From positions 26,650 to 90,649 of the forward strand of contig PKUF01000121.1 of the NCBI GenBank assembly GCA_002869635.1: DNA of 64,000 nt, written 5' to 3'. Under the pieces are notes generated by a model that saw only the letters and a program-made list of their open reading frames with translations, did not search any database and was not told the DNA's origin. This DNA comes from Desulfuromonas sp. (GTDB lineage Bacteria > Desulfobacterota > Desulfuromonadia > Desulfuromonadales > BM515). Below, piece after piece: positions 16,286-26,387 of this stretch (positions are counted from its first letter, which is position 1; each line of letters starts with the position of its first letter). Position numbers and translations under genes: made by a program.

Positions 16286-18781
16286 ATGGAACTCAAACCT
16301 TCAAGCAAGTGGCAACTCTACACCCTTTTCGCCCTATCGGGGTTCTGTGCTCTGGTCTACGAGGTTCTCTGGACCAAGTATCTCTCCTTGATTTTCGGCA
16401 CGACCATGCCGGCGGTCAGCATAGTCGCCGCAACCTTCATGGGAGGTTTGGCGCTGGGGAGTTTTCTCATCGGCCGTCTTGCCGACCGAGAGGCAAACCT
16501 GCTACGTCTCTACGCCTTTCTTGAATTCGGCATCGCTATCTTTGCTCTTCTTTCGCGTCCCGGCCTCAATCTGGTGGAGGGGCTTTATGCCACCATTATC
16601 AACCTCTTCCCTGACCTCCCCCTTCTCACCCATGCCCTCCACTTCGGCATCGGAGCGGCACTGCTGATTCCACCGACCCTCTGCATGGGAGGAACCTTTC
16701 CTCTGATGTGCCGCTTCTTCGCCCGAAAAAAGTCGGGAGGCCAGATCGGCCGACTCTACGCCATGAACACTTTCGGCGCCACCCTTGGAGCCTTCGGCAG
16801 CGGCTATGTCCTCATCCCGAGTATCGGCCTGAGTTCAACACTCTATCTCGCGGTCATCTGCAACATCCTGATTGCCGTCGTCTCTTTGATGATGTCGAAG
16901 AAGATGGGACAGGCTCGCCATAGCGACGCCTCAGCCAGCAACCGGGAGCAGCAACCCCTTGAGGCCAAACAGCATCTCTTTCCCCTCACCTTCATCGGAC
17001 TGATCGGATTCTGTTCTCTCGCCTACGAGATTCTTTGGACCCGTGTTCTGCTTCTCTTTCTCGGCAACACCACCTATGCGTTCTCGTTGATTCTAACGGC
17101 TTTTCTTATCGGCATCGCGGCCGGTGGTGCGGTTTATGCGCGCAAAGTCCACAAGGAACTCAACGAAAAGACCGTCATCACACAGCTCACCCTTCTCATG
17201 GGGCTTTCAGTCGCCTTTACCCTCCCTTTATACGACCGACTGCCACACATTTTCCTGCAGATTCACGCCCTCGTCGATGATCGCTGGTGGCTTCTCTCTC
17301 TGACTTCTCTCCTTGTCACCTTGGCCATTATCGGGTTGCCGGCACTCCTCTCCGGCTCTTTGTTGCCAGCAACCGTCGCCCTGATCGATCCAGGCCGGCT
17401 GCGCACCGGCGAGGGGGTTGGCCTGGTCGTCCTTTTCAACACCGTCGGCGCCGTACTCGGCAGCCTCGTCGCCGGATTCGCCCTTGTACCACTGGCCGGT
17501 GTTCAGGGGAGTTTCCGTCTGCTCTGCCTGCTCAATCTATTGCTCGGGCTTGCCCTACTCATCCGTTACCGTCCCGGCATGACTCGACGCAGAATCAGCC
17601 TTGCCCTTTGCAGCATAGGAATCTTTGCGCTCTTCTACGCTCCGCCCTGGAACCAGGAACTGATGAACAGCGGAGTTTACATCTACGCCCAGAAGTACCT
17701 GCAGATGGGCGGGCTCGAAAAGATTCTTGAGAACGAGAGACTGATTGAGGTCTTTGAAGGGCGCGATGCCACCGTCGCTTTGCACGAAAGCACAGACGGC
17801 CAGTTCCGCTTCTTTTCGGTTAACGGCAAGACCGACGGCGGCAACGCCATCGATATGGGAACCCAACTTTTGGTCGGGCATCTGCCGATGCTCCTGCACC
17901 CGAACCCGAAGCACTCTCTTGTCATTGGCCTTGGAACCGGAATCACCTTGCGCGGGCTTTCCGGTTATCCGGTTGAAACCATCGACTGTGTCGAAATTTC
18001 ACCTGAGGTGGTCGAAGCATCACACTACTTCCGCGAAGAGAACGGTAATGCGCTGAATGACCCAAAGATTCGCCTCGCCATTGAAGATGGTCGCAATCTG
18101 CTACAGACCCGCGACACCCACTACGACGTGATTATCTCCGAACCCTCCAATCCGTGGCAGGCAGGCAACTCCAATCTCTTTACCGCTGAATTTTACCGTC
18201 TTGCCCGAAAACGCCTTAACCCGCAAGGGCTCTTCTGTCAATGGGTCGGGCTGTATGATATCACGTCCGACAATCTACGAACCGCCGCCAACACCTTTCT
18301 TTCGGTCTTCCCTCACGCTATGGTTTTTCGTGCCGGCAGCGATCTGATTCTTGTCGGCGGGGAAGATCCACTGACCTTCGATTTTACTCAAGTCAAAGAG
18401 CGGATGCAAAGACCGGTGGTACGTGAAGCACTAAAATTGGCGCAAATCCACTGCCCCAGTGATCTTTTGGCCCGCTACTATCTTTACAATGAGGAGCCGC
18501 TACGGCAAATTGCCAGGGGCGCCCCACTCAACACAGATGATCTGCCCCGGCTTGAGTTCTCGGCCCGCTTCAATCTCGGCGAGAAAACCCTCGGCGCCCT
18601 TCAAAGTGCCAATGTCGCCATGCTCACAGAAATCAGCGACAAGGTTTCTCTCCCCGTGGTCAATCTGGGAGAGAACAATCGAGAAATCAGTCAATCCCTC
18701 CAGATCCTCAGCCAAGGATATGCTCGGGCCGGACGTGATAACGTCTCTGACTATCTGAGAAAAACCGCCTTAAACCTCTGA
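16286..18781 (+). CDS. Fused polytopic membrane / spermidine-synthase-like protein
   Basis: About 480 aa of TM helices, followed by an aminopropyltransferase fold (GLGTGIT, VEISPEV, DVIISEPSNPW). ATG at 16286 is preceded by GAGGGGG. Confidence 0.8.
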   Translation: MELKPSSKWQLYTLFALSGFCALVYEVLWTKYLSLIFGTTMPAVSIVAATFMGGLALGSFLIGRLADREANLLRLYAFLEFGIAIFALLSRPGLNLVEGLYATIINLFPDLPLLTHALHFGIGAALLIPPTLCMGGTFPLMCRFFARKKSGGQIGRLYAMNTFGATLGAFGSGYVLIPSIGLSSTLYLAVICNILIAVVSLMMSKKMGQARHSDASASNREQQPLEAKQHLFPLTFIGLIGFCSLAYEILWTRVLLLFLGNTTYAFSLILTAFLIGIAAGGAVYARKVHKELNEKTVITQLTLLMGLSVAFTLPLYDRLPHIFLQIHALVDDRWWLLSLTSLLVTLAIIGLPALLSGSLLPATVALIDPGRLRTGEGVGLVVLFNTVGAVLGSLVAGFALVPLAGVQGSFRLLCLLNLLLGLALLIRYRPGMTRRRISLALCSIGIFALFYAPPWNQELMNSGVYIYAQKYLQMGGLEKILENERLIEVFEGRDATVALHESTDGQFRFFSVNGKTDGGNAIDMGTQLLVGHLPMLLHPNPKHSLVIGLGTGITLRGLSGYPVETIDCVEISPEVVEASHYFREENGNALNDPKIRLAIEDGRNLLQTRDTHYDVIISEPSNPWQAGNSNLFTAEFYRLARKRLNPQGLFCQWVGLYDITSDNLRTAANTFLSVFPHAMVFRAGSDLILVGGEDPLTFDFTQVKERMQRPVVREALKLAQIHCPSDLLARYYLYNEEPLRQIARGAPLNTDDLPRLEFSARFNLGEKTLGALQSANVAMLTEISDKVSLPVVNLGENNREISQSLQILSQGYARAGRDNVSDYLRKTALNL

Positions 18782-18808
18782 TCTGCGCCATTGAGTCCTC
18801 TAGAAACA

Positions 18809-18845
18809 CGACGGGCCGGGATGTGCATTGCACCCCGGCCCGTCG
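18809..18845. terminator. Bidirectional hairpin between convergent genes
   Basis: CGACGGGCCGGG (18809-18820) / CCCGGCCCGTCG (18834-18845). Confidence 0.55.
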
Positions 18846-18864
18846 CATTCGATCGTAAAACCTC

Positions 18865-19878
18865 TTAGCAGATACGCGGGAGCTGTTCACCTGCGAGCAT
18901 CTCAATAGAACGCACGCCTCCGATGGAGGTTCGCATCCGCACCTTGCCATCCGCCACGGCAGTGACTTCACCGATAATCGCCGCATCACTCCCTTCACGA
19001 TGCATCTGCATCGCCGCCAGTGCCGCCTCAGCCTGCTGAGGCGCAACGATCGCCAACAGTTTTCCTTCGTTGGCAACAAAGAGGGGATCAAGACCAAGAA
19101 TGGAGCAGACCCCGGAAACTTCACTTCGCACCGGCAACGCCAGTTCGTCAAGGGTGATCTCCACCTGCGACTGACGGGCGATCTCCTTGAGGGTTGTCGC
19201 CACCCCACCGCGGGTCGGATCGCGCAGCACGTGCAGGTCAGCACCACAGACGCTAATCAACTCATCCACCAGGTGATTGAGCGAGGCACTGTCACTGCAA
19301 AGATCTGTCTCAAGAGCGAGCCCCTCGCGTCGAGCAAGAACCGCCATCCCATGATCACCGAGGGTACCATTGATGAGGATCTTGTCACCGACCTGGGCGC
19401 CGCTACCGCGGATATCGAGGTCGTGTTCAATCACCCCAACACCTGAGGTGTTGATGAAGATTTTATCCGCCTTGCCACGGGGAACAACCTTGGTGTCACC
19501 GGTGACAATGGCGACGCGGGCTTTCTGGGCCGCTTCTTTCATCGCCCCTAAAATCGTCTTGAGCTCCGCCACCGGCAACCCCTCCTCAAGGATCAAGCCG
19601 ACGCTGATCGCCAACGGTCGAGCACCGGCCATGGCGAGATCATTGACCGTACCGTTGATGGCGAGGTCCCCGATGTTGCCACCAGGAAAAATCACCGGTT
19701 CGACAACGTAGCTGTCAGTGGTAAAGGCGAGGCGACCGTTTTGAGGCGGCAGCACCGCCGCGTCATTCTGATCACCGGGGGCAAGGTCACAAAGAAGAGG
19801 GACGATCAATTCATCAAGCAGCTGATGGCTCAAGCTGCCACCACTGCCGTGTCCCAGAAGAATCACATCGGATGTCAC
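18865..19878 (-). CDS. hypE: Hydrogenase maturation protein HypE
   Basis: AIR-synthase-like fold. Characteristic C-terminus ..LPRIC. Confidence 0.9.
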   Translation of the reverse strand: MTSDVILLGHGSGGSLSHQLLDELIVPLLCDLAPGDQNDAAVLPPQNGRLAFTTDSYVVEPVIFPGGNIGDLAINGTVNDLAMAGARPLAISVGLILEEGLPVAELKTILGAMKEAAQKARVAIVTGDTKVVPRGKADKIFINTSGVGVIEHDLDIRGSGAQVGDKILINGTLGDHGMAVLARREGLALETDLCSDSASLNHLVDELISVCGADLHVLRDPTRGGVATTLKEIARQSQVEITLDELALPVRSEVSGVCSILGLDPLFVANEGKLLAIVAPQQAEAALAAMQMHREGSDAAIIGEVTAVADGKVRMRTSIGGVRSIEMLAGEQLPRIC

Positions 19879-19907
19879 GCAAAACTCCTCATCGCGCCGA
19901 ATAAGGT

Positions 19908-20999
19908 TCAGACGCCGTATTTGTATTCCGCCGCGCAGGTCCCCTCACTCGAGACCATGCAGGCACCAACCGGGTTCTCCGTGGAGCAGACCGTCTTAAA
20001 GAGCGGACAGTCACGGGGGGTCACCTTCCCTTTGAGGATCTCACCGCAGAGGCACCCCTTGTGCTCTTTCGGCTCTTCCACCGGTACCGGCAACGCCAAG
20101 GCCGCATCGAAGGGAGCGAACTCATCCCGCAACCGCAGCCCCGAGTCGGGGATCTCACCGATGCCCCGCCAGCGAGCATCACAGGGGGTAAAGACATCGG
20201 CGATGAGCTGCTGCGCTTTGAGGTTCCCCTGCGGCTTGACGATGCGGCTGTACTGGATCTCAAGACGCGCCTCGCGGGCGACAACCTGCTGCACCAGCAT
20301 CAACACTCCCTGCAGCACATCAAGAGGCTCGAATCCGGTGATAACGCAGGGAACATGGTATTTCTTCACCAGCAGTTCATACCCTTGTGCCCCGATCACC
20401 GCTGAAACGTGGGCCGGACAGAGATAACCGTCGACCTGCAGATCCGGGTCACTGACCAGCGCCGCCATCGGGGCCGGCATCGTCTTATGGGCGGTCAGCA
20501 CAAAGAAATTCTTCAGACCCTGACGCTGGGCCGTCAGCACCGCTCCGGCAATGGTCGGGGTCGTCGTCTCAAAACCAACCCCGAGAAAGACGACCTCTTT
20601 CTCCGGGAGGCTGGCGGCAAGGGCGACAGCATCAAGCGGGGAGTAGACGATGCGGATATCGGCACCATCCGCTTTCTCGCGCAGCAGACTGCTGCTTGAA
20701 CCGGGGACCCGGATCATATCGCCAAAGGTGGCAATCACCGTGTTGCGGCGCCGGGCAAGAGCGACCGCTCGGTCGACATACTCAATCGGCGTGACGCAGA
20801 CCGGGCAGCCAGGACCGGAGATCAGACGGATCGGCACCGGAAGCAGATTACGTAGTCCGTGCTGATAGATCGCCATGGTGTGGGTGCCGCAGACCTCCAT
20901 AAGGGTAATCGACTGACGATAACCCGCAACCATCTCGGTGATACTGTCAAGGAGTTTGCGCGCGACGGCGGGGTCGCGGAATTCACGACTGTAGTTCAT
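19908..20999 (-). CDS. hypD: Hydrogenase maturation protein HypD
   Basis: REFRD.., MEVCGTHT, GPGCPVCV motifs. Confidence 0.9.
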   Translation of the reverse strand: MNYSREFRDPAVARKLLDSITEMVAGYRQSITLMEVCGTHTMAIYQHGLRNLLPVPIRLISGPGCPVCVTPIEYVDRAVALARRRNTVIATFGDMIRVPGSSSSLLREKADGADIRIVYSPLDAVALAASLPEKEVVFLGVGFETTTPTIAGAVLTAQRQGLKNFFVLTAHKTMPAPMAALVSDPDLQVDGYLCPAHVSAVIGAQGYELLVKKYHVPCVITGFEPLDVLQGVLMLVQQVVAREARLEIQYSRIVKPQGNLKAQQLIADVFTPCDARWRGIGEIPDSGLRLRDEFAPFDAALALPVPVEEPKEHKGCLCGEILKGKVTPRDCPLFKTVCSTENPVGACMVSSEGTCAAEYKYGV

Positions 21000-21226
21000 T
21001 CGGCCGCCATCCCCTGATCGAGCATCTCGCGAAAGAGTTTCAAGGTCTCTTGCGCATCTTCTTCGTCGAGTTTTTCGATGGCAAAACCGGCGTGAATCAA
21101 GACGAAATCACCGACCTCAACCCCCTCGACCATCATCAGACTCGCCTCACGCCGCACCCCATCAATCTCACAGGTCGCGGTCTCACCGTCGATCTTCTCC
21201 ACCCGCATCGGAACTCCGAGACACAT
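20996..21226 (-). CDS. hypC: Hydrogenase maturation protein HypC
   Basis: N-terminal MCLGVPMRV signature. 76 aa. 4-bp overlap with hypD. Confidence 0.9.
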   Translation of the reverse strand: MCLGVPMRVEKIDGETATCEIDGVRREASLMMVEGVEVGDFVLIHAGFAIEKLDEEDAQETLKLFREMLDQGMAAE

Positions 21227-21229
21227 CGC

Positions 21230-21982
21230 TTAGGCTCCTTTGCTATCGGCGGCGGCCTTCTTGCCAGCCACCCCCTGACGTAGCCAGGTGTACCAGGCCT
21301 CCATCCCTTCTCCCGAGTGGCAAGAGAGTTCGAGGATGGTGATCTCGGGGTTGACCTGTCGGGCAAACGCTTTGCACTTCTCAACATCAAACCGCAGATG
21401 CGGCAAAAGGTCGATCTTGTTGATGAGCATCATTTTTGCCGCCCGGAACATCTGGGGATACTTGAGCGGCTTGTCCTCCCCTTCAGTCACCGAAAGGACC
21501 GCCACCTTGAAATCTTCGCCGAGGTCAAAGGAGGCGGGACAGACGAGATTGCCGACGTTCTCGATCATTAGCAAGTCCGTGGCGTTAAGGTCGAAGGTCT
21601 CGACTCCGTGGCCAACCATGTGGGCATCAAGATGACAACCGGTACCGGTGTTGATCTGCAACGCTGGCACGCCGGTGGCGGCGATGCGGTCGGCGTCGTT
21701 GGCGGTCTGTTGATCCCCTTCAAGAACGGCAAAGCAAATCTCCTCTTTCAGATCACTTAAGGTCCGTTCGAGAATCGAGGTCTTTCCCGAACCGGGAGAG
21801 CTGACCAAATTGAGGACGAAAAGTTCTTTATCGGCAAAAAGCTGCCGATTGTTCCCCGCCAGGCGGTTATTTTTGGCGAGAAGGTCCTCTTCGATCTTGA
21901 CGGTCTTGCCATCATGATCGTGCTTATGGTCGTGGTGATGGTGTGAGGCCTCGGCGGGGCCGCATCCGCAATCAATACACAT
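21230..21982 (-). CDS. hypB: Hydrogenase nickel-incorporation GTPase HypB
   Basis: CxxCGC plus a His-rich N-terminus (HHHHDHKHDHD). P-loop SSPGSGKTS. NKIDL G4 motif. Confidence 0.9.
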   Translation of the reverse strand: MCIDCGCGPAEASHHHHDHKHDHDGKTVKIEEDLLAKNNRLAGNNRQLFADKELFVLNLVSSPGSGKTSILERTLSDLKEEICFAVLEGDQQTANDADRIAATGVPALQINTGTGCHLDAHMVGHGVETFDLNATDLLMIENVGNLVCPASFDLGEDFKVAVLSVTEGEDKPLKYPQMFRAAKMMLINKIDLLPHLRFDVEKCKAFARQVNPEITILELSCHSGEGMEAWYTWLRQGVAGKKAAADSKGA

Positions 21983-21985
21983 CGC

Positions 21986-22327
21986 TTATTCGATCTCCAT
22001 TTCGATGACGCGCAACTCCTCCCCCTGCAGGCGCTCCAGCGCATAACTGCCACAGGTCGAACAGTTGAAGGTCGTGGTGTCTAAATCGATGTCGGCGCCA
22101 CAATCACGGCAGCGCCCCTTCCCCTTGACCTGCCGAATCAGCAGTTCGCTCCCGGCAAGCAGGGTCCCCTCGCAACAGACTTCGTAGCAGAAGGCGACGG
22201 AATCGGGGATCACGCCGGCGAGATCGCCGATTTCGATGGTGACGCTGAGAACTCGCTGCGCCCCTTGGCGGCGAGCGTTCTCTTCGGCAATCTCGACAAT
22301 ACTGCGGGTAATCCCCAGTTCGTGCAT
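21986..22327 (-). CDS. hypA: Hydrogenase nickel-incorporation protein HypA
   Basis: MHE N-terminus. Zinc site CRDCG...CSTCG. 113 aa. Confidence 0.9.
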   Translation of the reverse strand: MHELGITRSIVEIAEENARRQGAQRVLSVTIEIGDLAGVIPDSVAFCYEVCCEGTLLAGSELLIRQVKGKGRCRDCGADIDLDTTTFNCSTCGSYALERLQGEELRVIEMEIE

Positions 22328-22367
22328 CCAACAACTCCGCTAGAAAATAAAAAAACGACGAAAAATC

Positions 22368-22397
22368 ACTATAATGCCACTGTTTACAAAAATGCAA
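22368..22397 (-). promoter_or_regulatory. Candidate sigma-70 promoter of the hyp operon
   Basis: On the minus strand: TTGCAT, 18-nt spacer, TATAGT. About 40 nt upstream of the hypA ATG. Confidence 0.35.
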
Positions 22398-22442
22398 GAG
22401 GGCAACGCTCCACAGACACGTATACAGCACTTCACGGATCGA

Positions 22443-22472
22443 TTGACCAGAGCCGCCCCCCTCACGTATCAT
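22443..22472 (+). promoter_or_regulatory. Candidate sigma-70 promoter of the 73-aa ORF / MBL gene
   Basis: TTGACC (22443-22448), 18-nt spacer, TATCAT (22467-22472). Confidence 0.35.
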
Positions 22473-22505
22473 GAGAGCAACCTATACCTTGGCAGGAGAG
22501 ACCCT

Positions 22506-22727
22506 ATGGCATTCCATCTTAAGACCCGCATCTGGCAGACCGGCGCCCTCGACTGGTGGGCGATGCTCAATAACGAAGATGTCTACCTCGGCAGCCGCGA
22601 ATTCCCTCTGCCGCCTGAAGAGGGGGATGAGTGGACGGTGCGCAGCACCGGCGACCGCTTCAAGATCAGGGACGGTGAGATCGTCCACCTCGGCAATTTC
22701 CCGGTTGAGGACGCGTTCCCCTGGTGA
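22506..22727 (+). CDS. Small hypothetical protein (73 aa)
   Basis: ATG at 22506 preceded by GGAGAG. 4-bp overlap with the downstream MBL gene. No motif recognised. Confidence 0.5.
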   Translation: MAFHLKTRIWQTGALDWWAMLNNEDVYLGSREFPLPPEEGDEWTVRSTGDRFKIRDGEIVHLGNFPVEDAFPW

Positions 22728-23341
22728 GTGCTCTAGAGGTCGTGCAACTCCCCGTCGGCACGATGGCCAACTTCACCTATCTCGTCTATGATCCAACCAT
22801 TGGCGAGGCGGCGGCGGTTGACCCTTCCTTCGGCACACAGGAGCTGTTGCGCGAACTCACCGCGCGGCAGCTGAGCCTGCGCTGGGTCATCAACACCCAC
22901 GGACATCACGACCACATCGCCGGCAACACGGAACTCTGCACCGCAACCGGGGCCCGACTAGCGGCGCACCCGGCCGATCTTCCTGAGGTTGCCAGGGCTT
23001 TAAACGACGGTGACCGGATCGCCATCGGCACGGGTGAACTTGAGGTGATTCACACCCCCGGCCACACCCCCGGCTCGATCTGCCTGCGCAGCGACACGGC
23101 GCTAATAACCGGCGACACACTCTTCGTCAGTCGGGTCGGCCGGGCCGACTTTGACGGCAGCGATGTCACGACCATGTACCATTCTCTGCAACGCCTCGCT
23201 GCTTTGCCGCCGCACCTGCGCATCTATCCCGGACACGATTACGGGCCGACTCCTACCTCAACCCTCGCCTGGGAAAAAGAGAACAACCCTTACCTGCTAT
23301 GCTCGGATCTTGCGAGTTTTATCCGTCTGCGCCTCGCTTGA
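22724..23341 (+). CDS. MBL-fold hydrolase (glyoxalase II-like)
   Basis: THGHHDHIAGN motif, HTPGHTPGS, and a later D..H. Confidence 0.85.
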   Translation: MSALEVVQLPVGTMANFTYLVYDPTIGEAAAVDPSFGTQELLRELTARQLSLRWVINTHGHHDHIAGNTELCTATGARLAAHPADLPEVARALNDGDRIAIGTGELEVIHTPGHTPGSICLRSDTALITGDTLFVSRVGRADFDGSDVTTMYHSLQRLAALPPHLRIYPGHDYGPTPTSTLAWEKENNPYLLCSDLASFIRLRLA

Positions 23342-23374
23342 GGCGGATTCTTCTACTTTTCAGGAGCGGTTCCC

Positions 23375-24472
23375 ATGGCCATCACCCTGCTTGATATGCT
23401 GCTCAACGCCCAGTTGATCAACCGCCATCAGTTCGACGAAGCACTGCAGAACCGGGTCCTCTATGGGGGGCGCATCGGGACCAGCCTGATTGAACTGGGG
23501 TTCGTCGATGAGGAGACCCTCGCCCGCTTTCTCAGCAGTAAGTTGTCCGTCCCCTACGTCCCACCGCAGCGTCTCCTCAACATCCCGGAGAACGTCATCG
23601 CCCTGATCCCGCAGGATCTTGCCCTGAAGTACAAGGTGATCCCACTGCGCCTTGAAGGGAAACGACTGCACCTGGTGATGTCAGACCCTGCCGACCTCAC
23701 CGCTGTCGACGAGATTGCCTTCGCCAGCGGATACCTGATCTTCCCTTTGATCACCCCTGAGGTCCGCCTCATGCAGGCTCTTGGCAAATACTACGAAATG
23801 CCGGTAAGCAGTCGCTATCAGGCGATCCTCGACCGAATCAGCACCGCCCCAACGCCTCCCCCCGCCGTCTCTTTACCGGTGGAGGTTGAAGAGCACCTCG
23901 AAGAAGCGGAAGTGGTGGAGGACCTCCTCGATGAGCCCGCAAGCAGACCGGACACCCCGCCGGACTGGTCGGAGCGGATGGAAAACTACTCCGTCGACAG
24001 CCTGTCGCAGAAGCTTGCTTACGCTGAAGACCGGGAGCAGATCGCCGACCTCTTGATCCAAGCCCTACGACGCAAGTTCGACCGCGGCGCCCTTTTTCTT
24101 ATCCGCAAAGAGACCGCCTCGGGCTGGCGCGGTTTTACCAACCACGAAGAGACCACCTCTCTCGATACGCTGCACATCCCGCTGATGCGTCCTTCGATCC
24201 TCAAGACCGCCCTAGAAGGACACAGCTACTATCTCGGCAGTCTCGAGAGCTCCCCCCTCAATTCCCGACTCACGGCAGCCTTCGGCGACGAGTGGCCCTC
24301 GACGGTTCTGGTCATGCCGCTGTCGATTATGGGGCGAGTGGTCTGTATTCTCTATCTAGAGGGGGGAGGAGCATCACTGAAGGAGTGGGTTCCCAACCTG
24401 CAAAAGCTGCTCAACAAAGCAGCCCTTGCTTTTGAGATTCTGATCTGTCGTGACAAGATCCTGATGAGTTAA
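23375..24472 (+). CDS. T2SSE_N (MshEN-like) domain protein with a GAF-like C-terminal domain
   Basis: N-terminal GspE-N-like region (RIGTSLIELGFVDEETLARFLS, ..ALKYKVIPL.., LHLVMSDPADL). C-terminal GAF-like segment. Confidence 0.65.
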   Translation: MAITLLDMLLNAQLINRHQFDEALQNRVLYGGRIGTSLIELGFVDEETLARFLSSKLSVPYVPPQRLLNIPENVIALIPQDLALKYKVIPLRLEGKRLHLVMSDPADLTAVDEIAFASGYLIFPLITPEVRLMQALGKYYEMPVSSRYQAILDRISTAPTPPPAVSLPVEVEEHLEEAEVVEDLLDEPASRPDTPPDWSERMENYSVDSLSQKLAYAEDREQIADLLIQALRRKFDRGALFLIRKETASGWRGFTNHEETTSLDTLHIPLMRPSILKTALEGHSYYLGSLESSPLNSRLTAAFGDEWPSTVLVMPLSIMGRVVCILYLEGGGASLKEWVPNLQKLLNKAALAFEILICRDKILMS

Positions 24473-24481
24473 ACGAAGAGA

Positions 24482-25228
24482 CTAGCGCGGCGCAGCGGCC
24501 GGAACAGGCGAGGAATTGAGATCACCGTAAAGATACTGGAGGATTGCCGCCAAGGTAAAGCCAGCGGTCTCACTGCGCAGAATACGGGGACCAAGAGATA
24601 CCGGCAGGAATCCGTGTTCTTGAGCCAACGCCGCCTCCTCAAAAGAGAAGCCCCCTTCCGGCCCCACAAGAAAAGCGATGGCAGAGGGAGGCTCACAGGG
24701 TAAGACCTGCGAGAGGGGCACACTCCCCTCCTCCCAGAGCATCAACTTCAAGGGCGCCTTTTCTTTTTCCAGGGCCTCAACCAACGATGAAGGCCGGTCA
24801 AGCGACGGCAGAGATGGCCGTCGACATTGCCGCGCCGCCTCCTGAACAATCTTCTCCCAACGCGCCGCCTTGGCGCCGCCCTTCACACGCTGGGTTCGCT
24901 GGCTGAAGATCGGTGTAAAACGCTTCACCCCAAGTTCCGTCCCCTTCTGCAACACCAACTCCATCTTCTCCCCCTTGGGGAGCCCCTGAAGCAGATGCAG
25001 GCGAAGTGGATGTTCCTCTTCGCTCCAACGAGCAAGGGGTTCCGCCAACCCCTGCTTCTTCCCCATCCGGGTGATCCGAGCGTGACAGAGGGCACCACCT
25101 CCATCGAGCAATATCAACTCGTCACCAACGGAGAGACGCAGAACCGTCCGCAAATGGTGCAGAGTCCCATTCTCTAAAAGGATCGGTGTCGCTGCCAAGG
25201 CAGAGGGGGGGACAAAGAAACGATGCAC
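24482..25228 (-). CDS. rsmE: 16S rRNA (uracil1498-N3)-methyltransferase RsmE
   Basis: HRFFV N-terminus, LLQGLPKGEKMELVLQKGTELGV, GPEGGFS, LGPRILR.ETA. Start set at GTG 25228 (family-typical N-terminus, 7 nt after the prmA stop). The start is uncertain. Confidence 0.8.
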   Translation of the reverse strand: MHRFFVPPSALAATPILLENGTLHHLRTVLRLSVGDELILLDGGGALCHARITRMGKKQGLAEPLARWSEEEHPLRLHLLQGLPKGEKMELVLQKGTELGVKRFTPIFSQRTQRVKGGAKAARWEKIVQEAARQCRRPSLPSLDRPSSLVEALEKEKAPLKLMLWEEGSVPLSQVLPCEPPSAIAFLVGPEGGFSFEEAALAQEHGFLPVSLGPRILRSETAGFTLAAILQYLYGDLNSSPVPAAAPR

Positions 25229-25235
25229 AACAAAC

Positions 25236-26150
25236 TCAGCGGCGGTAGACGAGGCAAGACCACTCTTCGCGATGAGTAATCTGCGGAGGCTGGGCGAAAC
25301 GACCATCGAAAGCCTGCCGCACAAACCCCTCCTTCTCCTGCAGTATCCCCGAAAGAACCAGAAGGGCTCCAGGAGCGAGACGCTCAATGAGGGGATCGGC
25401 GAGACGCACATTCTCTTCGGCGAGGATGTTGGCAAGAATCAGATCGAAGCCGACGTCAAGCTCTTCGAGGGGAGCTCCGGTGAGTTCGACCGTTTGCTCA
25501 ACATGATTGACCTCGCAGTTTTCACGGCTGGTCAAGAGCGCCTGCTCTTCGATATCGCAGGCGAGGACCCGCTCGGCTCCAAGGGCGGCGGCAGCAATGG
25601 CGAGGATCCCCGAGCCGGTCCCGACGTCGAGAACCCGTCGAGGAGGCTCCGCACTGTCAAAAGCCTCAGCGACCGCTTCAAGACAGAGCCGGGTCGTCCC
25701 GTGAGTGCCGGTGCCAAAAGCCATTCCAGGGTCGAGAACGACAACGATATCATCCTCTTGGGCCGCAAACTCTTCCCAACTCGGTCTGACGACGAGGTGG
25801 TGACCGATGCGGACGGCGCTGAAGTGCTGCTTCCAACCTTGAGCCCAGTCCTGAGCTCCGACCTCGACCGCCTGCGCCGAAACCGTCCGCCAATCGGGAT
25901 AAAAAGGCGCCAACCGCTGCATCAGTGCATCGACCTCACCCAACAAAGAAGCGGTGTCGTCACATTCGAAATACGCCTTGAGCTGCTGCTCTCCCTCGGG
26001 GAGTTCATTCGGATCGGGAGGGATGAACGTGTCAAGAGCCCGCTCTTCGACAGTCACGCCGGCAGAACCGAGAAGAACCAGTTCACTGGTCACCAGATCA
26101 ATAGCCGCTGCGGGAACCGTCACCAGAATTTCAATCCATGGGGTCATCAT
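25236..26150 (-). CDS. prmA: Ribosomal protein L11 methyltransferase PrmA
   Basis: W.E..V N-terminus. DPGMAFGTGTHGTT and LDVGTGSGILAIAAA SAM motif. Confidence 0.9.
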   Translation of the reverse strand: MMTPWIEILVTVPAAAIDLVTSELVLLGSAGVTVEERALDTFIPPDPNELPEGEQQLKAYFECDDTASLLGEVDALMQRLAPFYPDWRTVSAQAVEVGAQDWAQGWKQHFSAVRIGHHLVVRPSWEEFAAQEDDIVVVLDPGMAFGTGTHGTTRLCLEAVAEAFDSAEPPRRVLDVGTGSGILAIAAAALGAERVLACDIEEQALLTSRENCEVNHVEQTVELTGAPLEELDVGFDLILANILAEENVRLADPLIERLAPGALLVLSGILQEKEGFVRQAFDGRFAQPPQITHREEWSCLVYRR

Positions 26151-26387
26151 GGCCCCTGTTTAGCAGATCAAACCACAACGACGCAACAAAATTCCCTTGA
26201 CAGCAGATTCCCCAATAAAGTCTAATCTAAGAAGACTTAATGAGCGGATTACCTTATATGATCCAATTCAGACAAAGAGCGTCTCCAGGGATGACTTCCT
26301 ACAGCTGTCTTCATGAAAAACGAAAAGAACGATTGCACCCCCCAACAGAACTGCTAGACTGAGAGAGGTTTCTCATGAGGACTGTCC

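Noticed and set aside
25272-26225. 317-aa plus-strand ORF antisense to prmA
   Set aside because: Shadow ORF. The minus strand encodes an unmistakable PrmA.
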